A DNA stretch of 64,000 bases, taken from positions 3,291-67,290 of the forward strand of contig CAJQKQ010000020.1 in assembly GCA_905478925.1 (NCBI GenBank), written 5' to 3'. Every line of letters begins with the position of its first letter. The first letter of the stretch is position 1. A model generated the notes under the pieces. That model searched no databases, was not told where the DNA came from, and saw nothing but the letters and a program-made list of their open reading frames with translations. The position numbers and the translations under genes are program-made. Source of the stretch: an uncultured Verrucomicrobiales bacterium (GTDB taxonomy: Bacteria; Verrucomicrobiota; Verrucomicrobiia; Verrucomicrobiales; Akkermansiaceae). Below, piece by piece: positions 43,595-53,644 of the stretch.

Positions 43595-43999
43595 TCACTC
43601 ACTCGGCGACTTGCGTAATGCTTTCTTATCAGAAAGCTTTCGCTTGTCGGCCACGGAGCGCTGTTTAGAGCGCCTGGATCTCCGGCGTTTCTGGCGGCGG
43701 AGTTTCTCGATTGCCTGGGTTTTGGCGGAGGCCTTGCCGTTGGCGATGGCGTCGAACTGTGCGCAGAGCTCGCGGCGGGCGAGGAATCGGTTCATTTCAC
43801 GGGAGCGCTCGACCTGGCACTTGATGGCGATGCCGGTGGGCAGGTGCTTGAGGAAGACGCAGCTTGAGGTCTTGTTGACCTTCTGGCCGCCTGCCCCGGA
43901 GCCACGGACGAACTTCTCAAGCAGATCTGCAGTATCAATCCCGAGGGAGGCCATCCGCTGTTCGAGGGCGGAGGTTTTTTCCGGTGATGGGAGGTTCAT
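43595..43999 (-). CDS. GGQ-domain peptidyl-tRNA hydrolase (ArfB/ICT1-like release-factor domain protein)
   Basis: 134 aa. RGSGAGGQKVNKTSS motif plus a strongly basic C-terminal tail (RRQKRRRSRRSKQR). Confidence 0.7.
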   Translation of the reverse strand: MNLPSPEKTSALEQRMASLGIDTADLLEKFVRGSGAGGQKVNKTSSCVFLKHLPTGIAIKCQVERSREMNRFLARRELCAQFDAIANGKASAKTQAIEKLRRQKRRRSRRSKQRSVADKRKLSDKKALRKSPSE

Positions 44000-44068
44000 T
44001 GGGCTTTTTGTGGGAAAATGTGCTTTTCAGTTGAGAGATCGGATTGTCCCGCAGAGTATCTGCCCCTG

Positions 44069-46579
44069 ATGAAAAGCTTAGGAATTGGATTATTGGCGAC
44101 TGGAATGGTGTGGTGCGTTTCTGTGCAGGCGGAAGTAACCGATATGACCAAGAAGTTCAAGGTCGCCGAGGGTTTCAAGTTGGAAAAGATTTATGACGTC
44201 AAGAAGGGTGAGGGTAGTTGGGTTGGATTGACCGAGGACGACAAGGGCAGGCTGATCGCAACGGATCAATACGGCGGACTTTACCGGATCACGGTTCCTC
44301 CGCTCGCTGGTGGCGAAACGAAGGTGGAGGCTCTGGATATTCCGGTTGCAGGCGGACACGGGGTGCTTTGGTTCGAAGGTAAGCTCTACATCGTGGTGAA
44401 CGAAACGACGAAGAAGAACCCGTCCGAGACCGGGGTCTGGGTGGTTGATGCAAAGGGCGAAGGCTGGGGGACGCCAAAGCTGCTGAAAGGCATCAAGGCC
44501 GGCGGAGAGCACGGGGTGCACTCGCTGGTGGTCTCGCCTGACAAGGAATGGCTTTATTTGGTGAGCGGGAACTACGGGCAACTTACCGATGTTTCCGATT
44601 CCTTTCCAGCAAAGGTGTGGCAGGAGGATCAGTTGATCCCAAAGAACCGCGATGGCAGGGGACACGCTGCGAACGTGAATCCCCCGGCAGGGTGGACCGC
44701 CCGCTTCAAACCGGACGGCTCGAATTGGCAGCGGGTTTCCATGGGGCAGCGGAATACTTTTGACGCGGCGTTTCACGACAACGGTGAGCTGTTTTCCTAC
44801 GATGCAGACATGGAATGGGATTTCGGGATGCCATGGTATCGCCCGAATCGGATTATTCACGTGGTTCCGGGAACGGAGCAAGGTTGGCGCAACGGAAGCG
44901 GAAAATGGCCCTCCTATTACGAGGATAGCGTTAAACCGGTGCTTAACATCGGTCCCGGATCGCCGACAGGTATGCTTGCTGGCCGCGGTTTCAAGGCTCC
45001 TGCGAAATACCAGCAGGCACTCTATGCGCTCGACTGGACTTTCGCGACGATCTACTCGCTGCACTTCACGCCGGACGGTGCCTCTTTCAAGGTTGAGAAA
45101 GGGGAACTTGTGGCCGGTGCCGGACTGCCCGTCACAGACGGTGTGATTGGTAAGGACGGATCGATGTATTTCGCGACCGGTGGCCGCCGCGGGGTTTCGC
45201 ATCTTTGGAGGGTGGTTTATACCGGTAGCGAATCCACGGCACCGCAGCCTGCGAAAAAGGCGGTTCATGAGGTGCGTGACCAGCTTTCGGAATTCGTCCG
45301 CAATCCGAAGGACGTCAATGGTGCCCTGGTTCTGGAAAATCTCGGTTCGGATGACAGGACGCTGCGCTTCCTCGCAAAGGCCGCACTTGAGCGTTTCCCA
45401 AACACCGATTGGGCTCCACGCATTGCCGAGCAGAAGAACGCCTGGGCACGTATTATTGGCTCAATGGCCATGGTCCGCATCGATGGCAAAAAGCATCGTG
45501 ATCTCGCCCTGAAAATTCTAATGGCCACGGATTGGGAAGGCCTTTCCCTACAGCAGAAGCTCAACTGGCTGAGAGCCACTGGCCTGGCATTCATCCGCGG
45601 TGGTGAGCCGACGGATGCGGAGCGTAAGGCGGTGGTTGCGAAGATCGATAAGTCCTATCCGTCGGACGAACGTTCGCTGAATTTCGAACTCGCAAGGATG
45701 CTTTGCTACCTGCAGGCACCGGGTGTTGTTGCCCGGACATTGAAACTCATGGACGAGGCACCCGCCGAAAAGCCAGCTCCTTGGCAGAACTTAGTGGAAA
45801 GGAATTCGCGCTACGGGAACGACATCAACGCGGTGATGAAAAATCATCCTCCCACCACCCAGATCCATTACCTCTACTGCCTGCGTGCGGTCAAAGGGCC
45901 GTGGGCTGCCGGTGAAAGGCGCCGTGCGTTCAACTGGTTCCGTGAAATCGAGAGCCGCCGCGGTGGTGCCAGCTACGCGCCGTCAATCGGAATGATACGG
46001 CAACAGATCTATGACAACGGAACTGAGCAGGAAAAAGAACTCTTCGCAGTCGATGCCAAGGCTCCGAAAAAGAAGCCAAAAGTGCTTCCTCCTGTGCAAG
46101 GGCCTGGTCGTGCGTGGACGCTTGAAGAGGTGGTGAAAGTCGCCAACGAAGGTTTGGAAGGTCGCGACAAGGCGAAGGGTCAAGCGATGTTTGAAGCTTC
46201 GCTTTGCTCGGCATGCCATAAGTTCGGAACTCTGGGCGGTGCTCAAGGACCGGATCTTACGAACCTCGCGGGACGCTTCACCGTGGAGGATCTTGCGCGC
46301 TCAATCATCGACCCAAGTAATGTGATTTCCGACCAATACGAATTCACCGAGATTGTGACCCATGAGGGCAAGACAATCGTCGGGCGTGTTCTCAATGAGC
46401 AGGACGAGATTCTCTCGATCGGGATCAATCCATTTGATTTCGATCAGCAGATAGAAATCAGCCGAGCCGATATCAAGTCGATCGCAGCGTCGAAAGTTTC
46501 GCCGATGCCGCCGGCGATGATCAACCGCCTCAATCCGGATGAGCTCAGAGATCTCTTCGCCTACCTTCTGGGTAAGTAA
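44069..46579 (+). CDS. PVC-type heme-binding CxxCH protein (beta-propeller dehydrogenase-like domain, HEAT-like repeats, C-terminal cytochrome c)
   Basis: ATG at 44069 with a signal peptide. N-terminal FKVAEGFKLEKIY...DDKGRL, typical of the membrane-bound dehydrogenase domain. C-terminal CSACH heme motif plus a downstream Met (SPMP). Confidence 0.7.
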   Translation: MKSLGIGLLATGMVWCVSVQAEVTDMTKKFKVAEGFKLEKIYDVKKGEGSWVGLTEDDKGRLIATDQYGGLYRITVPPLAGGETKVEALDIPVAGGHGVLWFEGKLYIVVNETTKKNPSETGVWVVDAKGEGWGTPKLLKGIKAGGEHGVHSLVVSPDKEWLYLVSGNYGQLTDVSDSFPAKVWQEDQLIPKNRDGRGHAANVNPPAGWTARFKPDGSNWQRVSMGQRNTFDAAFHDNGELFSYDADMEWDFGMPWYRPNRIIHVVPGTEQGWRNGSGKWPSYYEDSVKPVLNIGPGSPTGMLAGRGFKAPAKYQQALYALDWTFATIYSLHFTPDGASFKVEKGELVAGAGLPVTDGVIGKDGSMYFATGGRRGVSHLWRVVYTGSESTAPQPAKKAVHEVRDQLSEFVRNPKDVNGALVLENLGSDDRTLRFLAKAALERFPNTDWAPRIAEQKNAWARIIGSMAMVRIDGKKHRDLALKILMATDWEGLSLQQKLNWLRATGLAFIRGGEPTDAERKAVVAKIDKSYPSDERSLNFELARMLCYLQAPGVVARTLKLMDEAPAEKPAPWQNLVERNSRYGNDINAVMKNHPPTTQIHYLYCLRAVKGPWAAGERRRAFNWFREIESRRGGASYAPSIGMIRQQIYDNGTEQEKELFAVDAKAPKKKPKVLPPVQGPGRAWTLEEVVKVANEGLEGRDKAKGQAMFEASLCSACHKFGTLGGAQGPDLTNLAGRFTVEDLARSIIDPSNVISDQYEFTEIVTHEGKTIVGRVLNEQDEILSIGINPFDFDQQIEISRADIKSIAASKVSPMPPAMINRLNPDELRDLFAYLLGK

Positions 46580-46580
46580 T

Positions 46581-47174
46581 TCAGGAGCCCCGCAGCAGGT
46601 AGCGGGATGACCAGATGTAGTTCCAGCCCGAGATCACCGTCAGTGCGACGGCGATTCCGAGGCTGATCGGCATCAGCCATGCGCCCTCGCCCCATGGGAT
46701 GGTGAGGGTGTGGAAAGCGGTCAGCGACTGCGGGATACGCTCCATCGTCTCCAATGTCAGCCAGATCATGCCGGAGATGAGATAGGTGAGCTGGAAGGTT
46801 GTTTTCCATTTTCCGAGACTGTCGGCGGCAAGCACCTGCCCGGCCTCGATGGCGATCTGGCGAAGGCCCGTGACTAGGAATTCCCGGCCGATGATCAGTG
46901 CGGTGATCCACACTGGGCAGAGCTCCTGTGCGGTGAGAAAAACGAAGGCGGAGCACACGAGAATCTTGTCGGCGAGCGGATCTAGCAGTTTTCCGAGTGG
47001 GGTGACGAGATTCATTTTCCGAGCCAGCCAGCCGTCCAAGAAATCGCTGGCGGCTGCGACGACAAACAGCACCAATGCGGTGATGTGCCCCCAAGTGCTC
47101 TCCCATGAGACAAAAATGATAAATCCAGCAGTCAGGAACAGGCGGGAGACGGTGATCGCATTCGGAAGGTTCAC
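46581..47174 (-). CDS. pgsA: CDP-diacylglycerol--glycerol-3-phosphate 3-phosphatidyltransferase
   Basis: NLPNAITVSRLFL and DFLDGWLARKMNLVTPLGKLLDPLADK. The GTG at 47174 is preferred; an upstream GTG at 47222 is also possible. Confidence 0.85.
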   Translation of the reverse strand: MNLPNAITVSRLFLTAGFIIFVSWESTWGHITALVLFVVAAASDFLDGWLARKMNLVTPLGKLLDPLADKILVCSAFVFLTAQELCPVWITALIIGREFLVTGLRQIAIEAGQVLAADSLGKWKTTFQLTYLISGMIWLTLETMERIPQSLTAFHTLTIPWGEGAWLMPISLGIAVALTVISGWNYIWSSRYLLRGS

Positions 47175-47275
47175 ACAGGGAATCTGTGAAATCGACGGAG
47201 AAAAGGCAACAAGGGGTTGCACTGAACCGTTCGTTTCTCTACATCCGCGTGCCGGGCATACTCCGGTTAATTATC

Positions 47276-48694
47276 ATGAGTAACAGCGACTTTGGACTAA
47301 TCGGACTGGCCGTCATGGGTCAGAACCTCGTATTGAATGTTGAATCCCGGGGCTTTCAGGTCTCCGTTTACAACCGCACCACCAGCGCGATGACGGATTT
47401 CGTCGCCAAGCACCCCGACAAGAAACTCGTCGGTGAGGAAACGCTGGAGGGCTTTGTGAGCTCGCTGGCTTCCCCGCGCAAGGTCATGATCATGGTCAAG
47501 GCTGGCGGACCGGTGGACGCGGTGATTGAGTCCCTCCTTCCGCTCCTCGACAAGGGCGACATCATCATCGACGGCGGCAACTCGCTCTACACCGATACCG
47601 AGCGCCGCGACAAGTGGCTCGGTGATCTCGGCTTCCGTTTCATCGGAGCCGGTGTATCCGGTGGCGAAGAAGGTGCACGCAAGGGGCCTTCCATCATGCC
47701 CGGCGGCCCAGTCTCCACATGGGATGTCATGAAGCCGATTTTCGAAAGTATTTCCGCGAAAGTGGAAGGCGAGCCTTGCGTGACACACATCGGCACCGGC
47801 GGCGCGGGCCACTATGTGAAGATGATCCATAACGGCATCGAATACGGCGACATGCAGCTCATCTGCGAAGCCTACAGCATCTTTAAGAAAGCTGGATTCA
47901 CTCCCGCCGAGCTCGCGAAAGTCTTCACCGACTGGAACGAAGGCGACCTCGAAAGCTACCTCATCCAGATCACCGCGAAGATTTTCGAACAGAACGATCC
48001 GGAAACTGGCGACGCGCTGGTCAACAAGATCCTCGATACCGCTGGCCAGAAGGGCACCGGCCGCTGGACTCTGATCAACGCGGTGGAAAACGCGGTGGTG
48101 ATCTCCACTATCAACGCGGCGGTCGAAGCCCGTATCCTTTCCTCGATGAAGGAAAAGCGTGTGGATGCCAGCAAGATCCTTACCGGTCCCGATGTGGAGA
48201 TTTCCATCGAGAAAGCCGAGTTGGTGAAAAAGGTACACGACGCACTCTTCGCCTCCAAGATCATCTCCTATGCACAGGGACTCGATCTCATTGCCTCCAT
48301 GGGCGAGGAGAAAAACTGGGGTCTCGATCTCGGTAAGATCGCTGCGATCTGGCGCGGCGGTTGCATCATCCGTGCTCGCTTCCTCAACGACATCACCGAT
48401 GCCTACCGCACCGATGCTAAGCTCAGCAACCTGATGCTCGCTCCGTTCTTCACCAAGCTCCTCACGGAGTTCCAACAGAACTGGCGTGAAGTCGTCTCCA
48501 TCGCTTCGCTCGCAGGTATCCCGATTCCTGCCTTCAGCGCATCGCTCGGCTACTACGACAGCTACCGCAGTGCGGTGCTCCCTGCGAACCTGCTGCAGGC
48601 ACAGCGCGACTTCTTCGGTGCTCACACGTATGAGCGCACCGACAAGCCACGCGGCGAAATGTTCCACACCGACTGGCCCGAGGTCATCGGATAA
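47276..48694 (+). CDS. gnd: 6-phosphogluconate dehydrogenase, decarboxylating
   Basis: ATG at 47276. DFGLIGLAVMGQNL, IIDGGNS, GVSGGEEGARKGPSIMPGG, HNGIEYGDMQLI. Confidence 0.95.
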   Translation: MSNSDFGLIGLAVMGQNLVLNVESRGFQVSVYNRTTSAMTDFVAKHPDKKLVGEETLEGFVSSLASPRKVMIMVKAGGPVDAVIESLLPLLDKGDIIIDGGNSLYTDTERRDKWLGDLGFRFIGAGVSGGEEGARKGPSIMPGGPVSTWDVMKPIFESISAKVEGEPCVTHIGTGGAGHYVKMIHNGIEYGDMQLICEAYSIFKKAGFTPAELAKVFTDWNEGDLESYLIQITAKIFEQNDPETGDALVNKILDTAGQKGTGRWTLINAVENAVVISTINAAVEARILSSMKEKRVDASKILTGPDVEISIEKAELVKKVHDALFASKIISYAQGLDLIASMGEEKNWGLDLGKIAAIWRGGCIIRARFLNDITDAYRTDAKLSNLMLAPFFTKLLTEFQQNWREVVSIASLAGIPIPAFSASLGYYDSYRSAVLPANLLQAQRDFFGAHTYERTDKPRGEMFHTDWPEVIG

Positions 48695-48715
48695 GGATCA
48701 CTGATTCAATCAAGG

Positions 48716-48744
48716 CGGCCGGGAGTGATCCCGGCCGTTTTTTT
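48716..48744 (+). terminator. Intrinsic terminator of gnd
   Basis: CGGCCGGGA-GTGA-TCCCGGCCG followed by TTTTTTTG. Confidence 0.85.
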
Positions 48745-48860
48745 GTTAGGAACGGCGTGTCTCCGATCGCCAGATAAGGACTTCGGAAATGGCTTGGGTT
48801 GTGCAGGCGCTCGGAGAGACGCCTCTCCGGAGTGTGGCGCGGCCAGCCTGGAATGCTTCC

Positions 48861-49697
48861 CTAATGGGATTCCTCGGGGGCGGGAGGGATGAGTCCCTGT
48901 TCGAGAAGGAAGTGGTCGGCGGCGCCGATTGTCATCTCGAAGTTCGTGTGGCTGACGTTGAAGTTGAAGAAGCTGTGCTCCGCGCCGTTAAATTCGAGGA
49001 GCTTGCAGCGATTGCCACGCCATTTCATGCGGCGGCGGAAGGTGGCGACTTCCTCGAAGGGAGTGACCCGGTCGGACTTTCCGTGCATTAGCAGTATGGG
49101 CGGGAGCTTGCGGCGTACGAGGCGGTTGGGGCTGAGAGCCTTGGCTACTTTTTTGTCAGGGAAGCGCTCGGACAACTGGCCTTTCGGGGTGGTGTTGACC
49201 ACGGCGCTGAACAGTATGGCGGCTTTCGGAATCTGAGGTATGGCGGTATCCTTGCCATGCTTTTGCATCGCAAGTTGTAGCGCGAGGAAGGCGCCTCCTG
49301 CGGCACCGGCGACGGCGATTTTTTCTGCATCGATGCCGAGCAGATCCGCGTTTTCATGGAGCCAGAGAAGGGCGGCCTTGGCATCCTCGACGGCTTCTAC
49401 GGGGCCGGTTCCGTTTTTTGAGCTGACTCGGTATTCGAAAGAGACGGCGACCGCGCCACGGCTTGCGAAGTGGTGACAGTGCGGAACGAACTGGCTGACC
49501 ATGGGGGTGTCCCAGAAGCCCCCGTGGAAGAATGCAACCACTGATCGGCCGGTCTCTCCGGTGGTCTCCGGGAAGAAAACATGGGCGAGAAGTTCAGCGC
49601 CGTGCCGGCTCGCATAGACATAACTGGAGGCGGATTTCAGCAGTTCCTTGTCCCTCGATTCGCCGATGGGTGCGACCTTTTGCAGAATTTGGCTCAT
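48861..49697 (-). CDS. Alpha/beta-hydrolase-fold protein with an Ala at the nucleophile position
   Basis: ATG at 49697. HGGFW oxyanion motif, HGKSDRV (Asp), GAEHSF (His). The nucleophile elbow reads GAAGG (codon GCA at 49299-49301) instead of GxSxG. Confidence 0.65.
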   Translation of the reverse strand: MSQILQKVAPIGESRDKELLKSASSYVYASRHGAELLAHVFFPETTGETGRSVVAFFHGGFWDTPMVSQFVPHCHHFASRGAVAVSFEYRVSSKNGTGPVEAVEDAKAALLWLHENADLLGIDAEKIAVAGAAGGAFLALQLAMQKHGKDTAIPQIPKAAILFSAVVNTTPKGQLSERFPDKKVAKALSPNRLVRRKLPPILLMHGKSDRVTPFEEVATFRRRMKWRGNRCKLLEFNGAEHSFFNFNVSHTNFEMTIGAADHFLLEQGLIPPAPEESH

Positions 49698-49784
49698 AAT
49701 GGAAATGCGGCGTATGGGACGTATCCGCAATACGCTGGGATTTGTTTGTTGTGATTCGGGGGCGCTTGTCCAATCGTTTCGTTC

Positions 49785-50663
49785 ATGAAACGGCATATTT
49801 TATTGATGATCCTCGCCATGCCCGCAATTTGTGGCGCCCAGGAGAGCCTGCGGCCGGGGCTGGAGAAGACCTATGCGGTGTGGAGAAATGCGCTGATCCA
49901 GAAAGATGCTCGAACCTGGCAGATGGTGACCGCAAGGCACCGACGTGTGGAGGTAAGGAACCGGATTGTCTCCGAGAAACGAGCATTTCCTGCCGCGGTG
50001 TTCGATCTTCCGGCTCCGCCGCCGGGTCTCGATGGACTGACTTTCCTGGAAGCCAAGCAGAACGGCGCGACGGCGAAGGCTGCGTATTTTGGTAAGGTCG
50101 ACTTCGGGGTTGGGGGCGAGCCGACGAACAACCTGTTAGTGCTTTCCTTTGTCAAGGGCGGACGCGGCTGGCTCTATGACAAGGCGGACTTCGTGAACCT
50201 CACCGCACTGCCGGATGTGCGGAAGGAACTTGCGGCGGGCGACCTGAGCTATCTGCGCGGTGTGCCCGAGGCGCAGCCATCGGGAATTGTGCCGCCAGCA
50301 CCGATTGTGGCGAATCCGGCGACCACGATTGCAAAGGTGTATGTGTTCTGCCCGGGACGCGAGGTAGAGGTGCAGGTGAATAAGATCAGTCGCCACCGTT
50401 TTGCGAATGCAAAGGAGGCGGAGGTGATCACCGGAGGCGCCCGCCTAGGCTCGAACGAGGTGCAGTATTCGATAAAGAAACTGGAAGGGGGCACCGGGAT
50501 GGAGGCATTGACGATACGTGTTTATCTGATGTCCGAGGTGGAGGGTAAGAAGCCGTTGAAGGTGTTCGAATACCAGATCAAGGAGAAGGAGCCCTTCAAG
50601 CCGTATGATACCGGGACATTCAATCTCGATGCGGCCACGGCAGCGAAGCTATCCGGGAAGTGA
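49785..50663 (+). CDS. Secreted hypothetical protein
   Basis: Signal peptide MKRHILLMILAMPAICGAQE, 292 aa, no recognised motif. Confidence 0.55.
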   Translation: MKRHILLMILAMPAICGAQESLRPGLEKTYAVWRNALIQKDARTWQMVTARHRRVEVRNRIVSEKRAFPAAVFDLPAPPPGLDGLTFLEAKQNGATAKAAYFGKVDFGVGGEPTNNLLVLSFVKGGRGWLYDKADFVNLTALPDVRKELAAGDLSYLRGVPEAQPSGIVPPAPIVANPATTIAKVYVFCPGREVEVQVNKISRHRFANAKEAEVITGGARLGSNEVQYSIKKLEGGTGMEALTIRVYLMSEVEGKKPLKVFEYQIKEKEPFKPYDTGTFNLDAATAAKLSGK

Positions 50664-50806
50664 AACGGCTGCTGGCAATGCGGCGGACTCGAAGCGCTGG
50701 TTCCTTTCCGGGGCTGGATCCGCTCGGGGACATGGCTGCGCTGCCCGAGATGTTCAGGAAGTCAGTGCCGGATTGACCCGGGCGGCTGGCTCGCTAGCGT
50801 CCCCAC

Positions 50807-51079
50807 ATGTCAGCGGAAGGAAATAGAAAGCCATATCTCGATGCATGGCTGAAGCGCACGGCGCGGGAGCTTTCCGTCAGCGGGAGACTGTCCGAGCTTG
50901 TGCTGATCCTGTCGGGAAAAAAGGGAGGCAATCCGGATGAATGGCGCGATCGGCTGCAGCAGATCCTGAAGCGGGAGGAAGAACCAGATTTCGAGTTGCT
51001 CACGGAGATCGACTCGATACTCGCCAAACCGGCAAAGGGCGGATCGACAGATCGGGTGGAGCCGGATTTGTTCGGATGA
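50807..51079 (+). CDS. Small hypothetical protein
   Basis: 90-aa ORF with an ATG start and a charged helical composition. No motif recognised. Confidence 0.35.
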   Translation: MSAEGNRKPYLDAWLKRTARELSVSGRLSELVLILSGKKGGNPDEWRDRLQQILKREEEPDFELLTEIDSILAKPAKGGSTDRVEPDLFG

Positions 51080-51208
51080 TGCGGATTTTTGAAAGAAATT
51101 CCACCATGATGTGGTATTTTAATTGCTAATGATCAATATAGCTAAGTATTACGGCCTTCGCCCGGGGCATGGCTCGCGGATCGTTAAAAATTCACACTTG
51201 CCTGCCCC

Positions 51209-51604
51209 ATGCACCGGTTGCCATCAGAATACACATTGAGGAGGTTCAGGATCGCATCCGTGCTGGTGCTGGTCATGTTCCTGATGATTCCTACGTTTTT
51301 TGGGTTCTTTCTCAGCGGAATTATTCTCGGGGGAAATCGATGGTTTCTCTACGCATGGGTGGCCTTGGCGGTTGCGCTGTTTTGTATGGTGACGAATTTT
51401 CTCCTGAGCGGACGGCTGAGATGCCCGCTGTGCATGGTGCCTCCGCTAGCGAGCCGCCGGTGCTCGAAACACCGCAGTGCGACGAAATTATTTTGGAGCC
51501 ACAAGTTGAAGGTCGCGCACTCAATCATTTTCAGGAATAGCTTTCGCTGTCCGTATTGCGGGGAACCGACGGTGATGGAGGCTAGGCGTAAGAGAGCCCG
51601 CTGA
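51209..51604 (+). CDS. Membrane protein with a C-terminal CxxC...CxxC zinc-ribbon
   Basis: Two TM helices, then CPLC ... CPYC and a basic tail. It is preceded by an AT-rich island. Confidence 0.5.
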   Translation: MHRLPSEYTLRRFRIASVLVLVMFLMIPTFFGFFLSGIILGGNRWFLYAWVALAVALFCMVTNFLLSGRLRCPLCMVPPLASRRCSKHRSATKLFWSHKLKVAHSIIFRNSFRCPYCGEPTVMEARRKRAR

Positions 51605-51693
51605 GGGATGGGTTAAGCCGGGATCAATTTCCGCAAGTCCGGGATTGCCGGTTGCACTGGGCGCGGGTGATGGCAAGCTACGCGCAGTTTTAT

Positions 51694-52677
51694 ATGACAA
51701 CGGAAGAACTACAGGAACGGATTTCGGAAAGCAGTGCATGGATCGGCGAAGTGAAGGCCGAGATGGCGAAGGTGCTGGTGGGGCAAAATGACTTGGTAGA
51801 CAGGCTGCTTGTTGGCTTGCTCTGCAACGGCCATATCCTGCTGGAGGGAGTGCCCGGGCTGGCCAAGACCCTGGCGGTGAAAGCCCTCTCTGGATCGCTT
51901 TCGGCGTCGTTCGCGCGGTTCCAGTTCACCCCGGACCTACTGCCTGCGGATCTTGTCGGAACGATGATCTACCATCCGCAGGACGCTAGGTTCGAGCCGA
52001 AGCTGGGTCCCATTTTCAATAACCTGATCCTCGCTGACGAGATCAACCGGGCACCGGCGAAGGTGCAGTCCGCGTTGCTGGAGGCGATGCAGGAGCGGCA
52101 AGTGACGCTGGGTGATAGATCCTACCCGCTGCCCAAGCCTTTCCTTGTGCTGGCGACCCAGAACCCGATCGATCAGGAGGGAACCTATCAGCTTCCCGAA
52201 GCACAGCTTGACCGTTTCCTGCTGAAAGTGAACGTCGGCTACCCCACGAAGGATGAGGAGCTTGAGATCCTGAATCGGATGGCGACCTCCGCGCCGATTT
52301 ATGAAACGCAGAACAAGGCGACTCCGGAACAGGTCGGTGCGTCCCGCGAGCTGGTGAACGAGGTCTACATCGATGAGTCGATACGGAAATACATCGTTGA
52401 ACTGATCTACTGCACCCGTTTTCCGGTGAAAGTGGATGCACCACTGAAAAACTGGGTTCGCTCTGGGGCTTCGCCGCGCGGAACGATCAACCTCGCCCTC
52501 GCCGCGCGTGCCAGGGCGTTCATGCAGGGGCGGTCTTTCGTGACCCCGCAGGACGTCAAGGATATGGCTCTGGATGTCTTGCGCCACCGCATTCTCCTCA
52601 CCTACGAGGCCGAGGCGGAGGGGATTACCACGGACACCATCGTTCAGAGGGTGCTGGCTAAGGTCGTTGTGCCGTAG
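51694..52677 (+). CDS. moxR: MoxR-family AAA+ ATPase
   Basis: GHILLEGVPGLAKT (Walker A), LILADEINRAP (Walker B), ATQNP. ATG at 51694, with an alternative at 51670. Confidence 0.92.
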   Translation: MTTEELQERISESSAWIGEVKAEMAKVLVGQNDLVDRLLVGLLCNGHILLEGVPGLAKTLAVKALSGSLSASFARFQFTPDLLPADLVGTMIYHPQDARFEPKLGPIFNNLILADEINRAPAKVQSALLEAMQERQVTLGDRSYPLPKPFLVLATQNPIDQEGTYQLPEAQLDRFLLKVNVGYPTKDEELEILNRMATSAPIYETQNKATPEQVGASRELVNEVYIDESIRKYIVELIYCTRFPVKVDAPLKNWVRSGASPRGTINLALAARARAFMQGRSFVTPQDVKDMALDVLRHRILLTYEAEAEGITTDTIVQRVLAKVVVP

Positions 52678-52679
52678 TT

Positions 52680-52730
52680 GGAAATCTAAATTTTAAATTC
52701 GAAACCCCAATGAAGACTTTGGAAGAGGGG
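52680..52730 (+). repeat. AT-rich heptad-periodic element, subtype 2, copy f
   Basis: GGAAAT CTAAATT TTAAATT CGAAACC CCAATGA AGACTTT GGAAGAGGGG, between moxR and the DUF58 gene. Confidence 0.85.
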
Positions 52731-52748
52731 CTGGATTAAGAGTATCAG

Positions 52749-53639
52749 ATGAGGGAAGAGGAACAGATCGAGGAGATGATGGCTCGGGTGCGGAAGCTCG
52801 AGTTGAAGGCGCGACGACTTGTTCGCGAGTCGTTTTCCGGTGAGTATCTCTCGTCGTTCCGGGGTCAGGGTCTGGATTTTGATGATTTTCGAGAATATCA
52901 GCACGGTGACGAAGTGCGTTTTATTGACTGGAACGTGACAGCGAGGATGAATCAGCCATACGTCAGGAAATTCCGCGAAGAGCGGGAACTTTCCGTGATC
53001 ATGGCGGTGGACGTTTCCGGGTCGGCGGATTTCGGGAGCAAGCACTTGAGCAAGCGGGAGCTATCGGCGGAGATTGCGGCGGTGCTGGGATTCAGCGCGT
53101 TGCAGAACGGCGACAAGGTCGGCCTGCTAGTGTTTGCGGGCGAGCCGGTGATGTTCATCCCTCCGGAGAAGGGCAGTCGGCATCTGTTGCGTATGATCCG
53201 TGAGATACTGATGGCGAAGCCGGAAAAGCAGGGAACGTCGATCAGCGAGGCTTGCGATTTCCTAATCAAATCGCTCAAGCGCAAGGCGTTGGTTTTCATG
53301 ATCTCCGATTTCCATGCTGACTCGCTGGATAAACCGCTGGGCAAGCTTTCCCGCAAGCATGAGATGGTGGCGTTGCGGGTGAACGATCCGTTGGAGGAGG
53401 AGTTGCCCAAGGCGGGGAAGGTGGTGATGGTCGATCCGGAGACGGGGTTTGAAACCCTCGTCAACACGAACAACGCCAATCTCCGAATGGGCTATAAAAA
53501 GCTCATGAAGAGACAAGCGGAGGGCGCGGCTGCGGTATTCAAGAAGCACGGAATCGATGCGGCGACGCTCTCAACGGATCGTGACACGCTGCCGGCGCTG
53601 CACGTGCTATTGAAACGGCGAGGCAGGCGACGAAAATAG
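52749..53639 (+). CDS. DUF58 protein (VWA-like, MoxR partner)
   Basis: FRGQGLDFDDFREYQHGDEVRFIDWNVTAR is the DUF58 signature. Confidence 0.88.
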   Translation: MREEEQIEEMMARVRKLELKARRLVRESFSGEYLSSFRGQGLDFDDFREYQHGDEVRFIDWNVTARMNQPYVRKFREERELSVIMAVDVSGSADFGSKHLSKRELSAEIAAVLGFSALQNGDKVGLLVFAGEPVMFIPPEKGSRHLLRMIREILMAKPEKQGTSISEACDFLIKSLKRKALVFMISDFHADSLDKPLGKLSRKHEMVALRVNDPLEEELPKAGKVVMVDPETGFETLVNTNNANLRMGYKKLMKRQAEGAAAVFKKHGIDAATLSTDRDTLPALHVLLKRRGRRRK

Positions 53640-53644
53640 GAGTT

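Noticed and set aside
44090-45268. 392-aa ORF on the - strand
   Set aside because: It is antisense to the heme-binding protein gene, with an R/P/H-rich shadow composition.
47297-48667. 456-aa ORF on the - strand
   Set aside because: It is antisense to gnd. Shadow-frame composition, with no start context.
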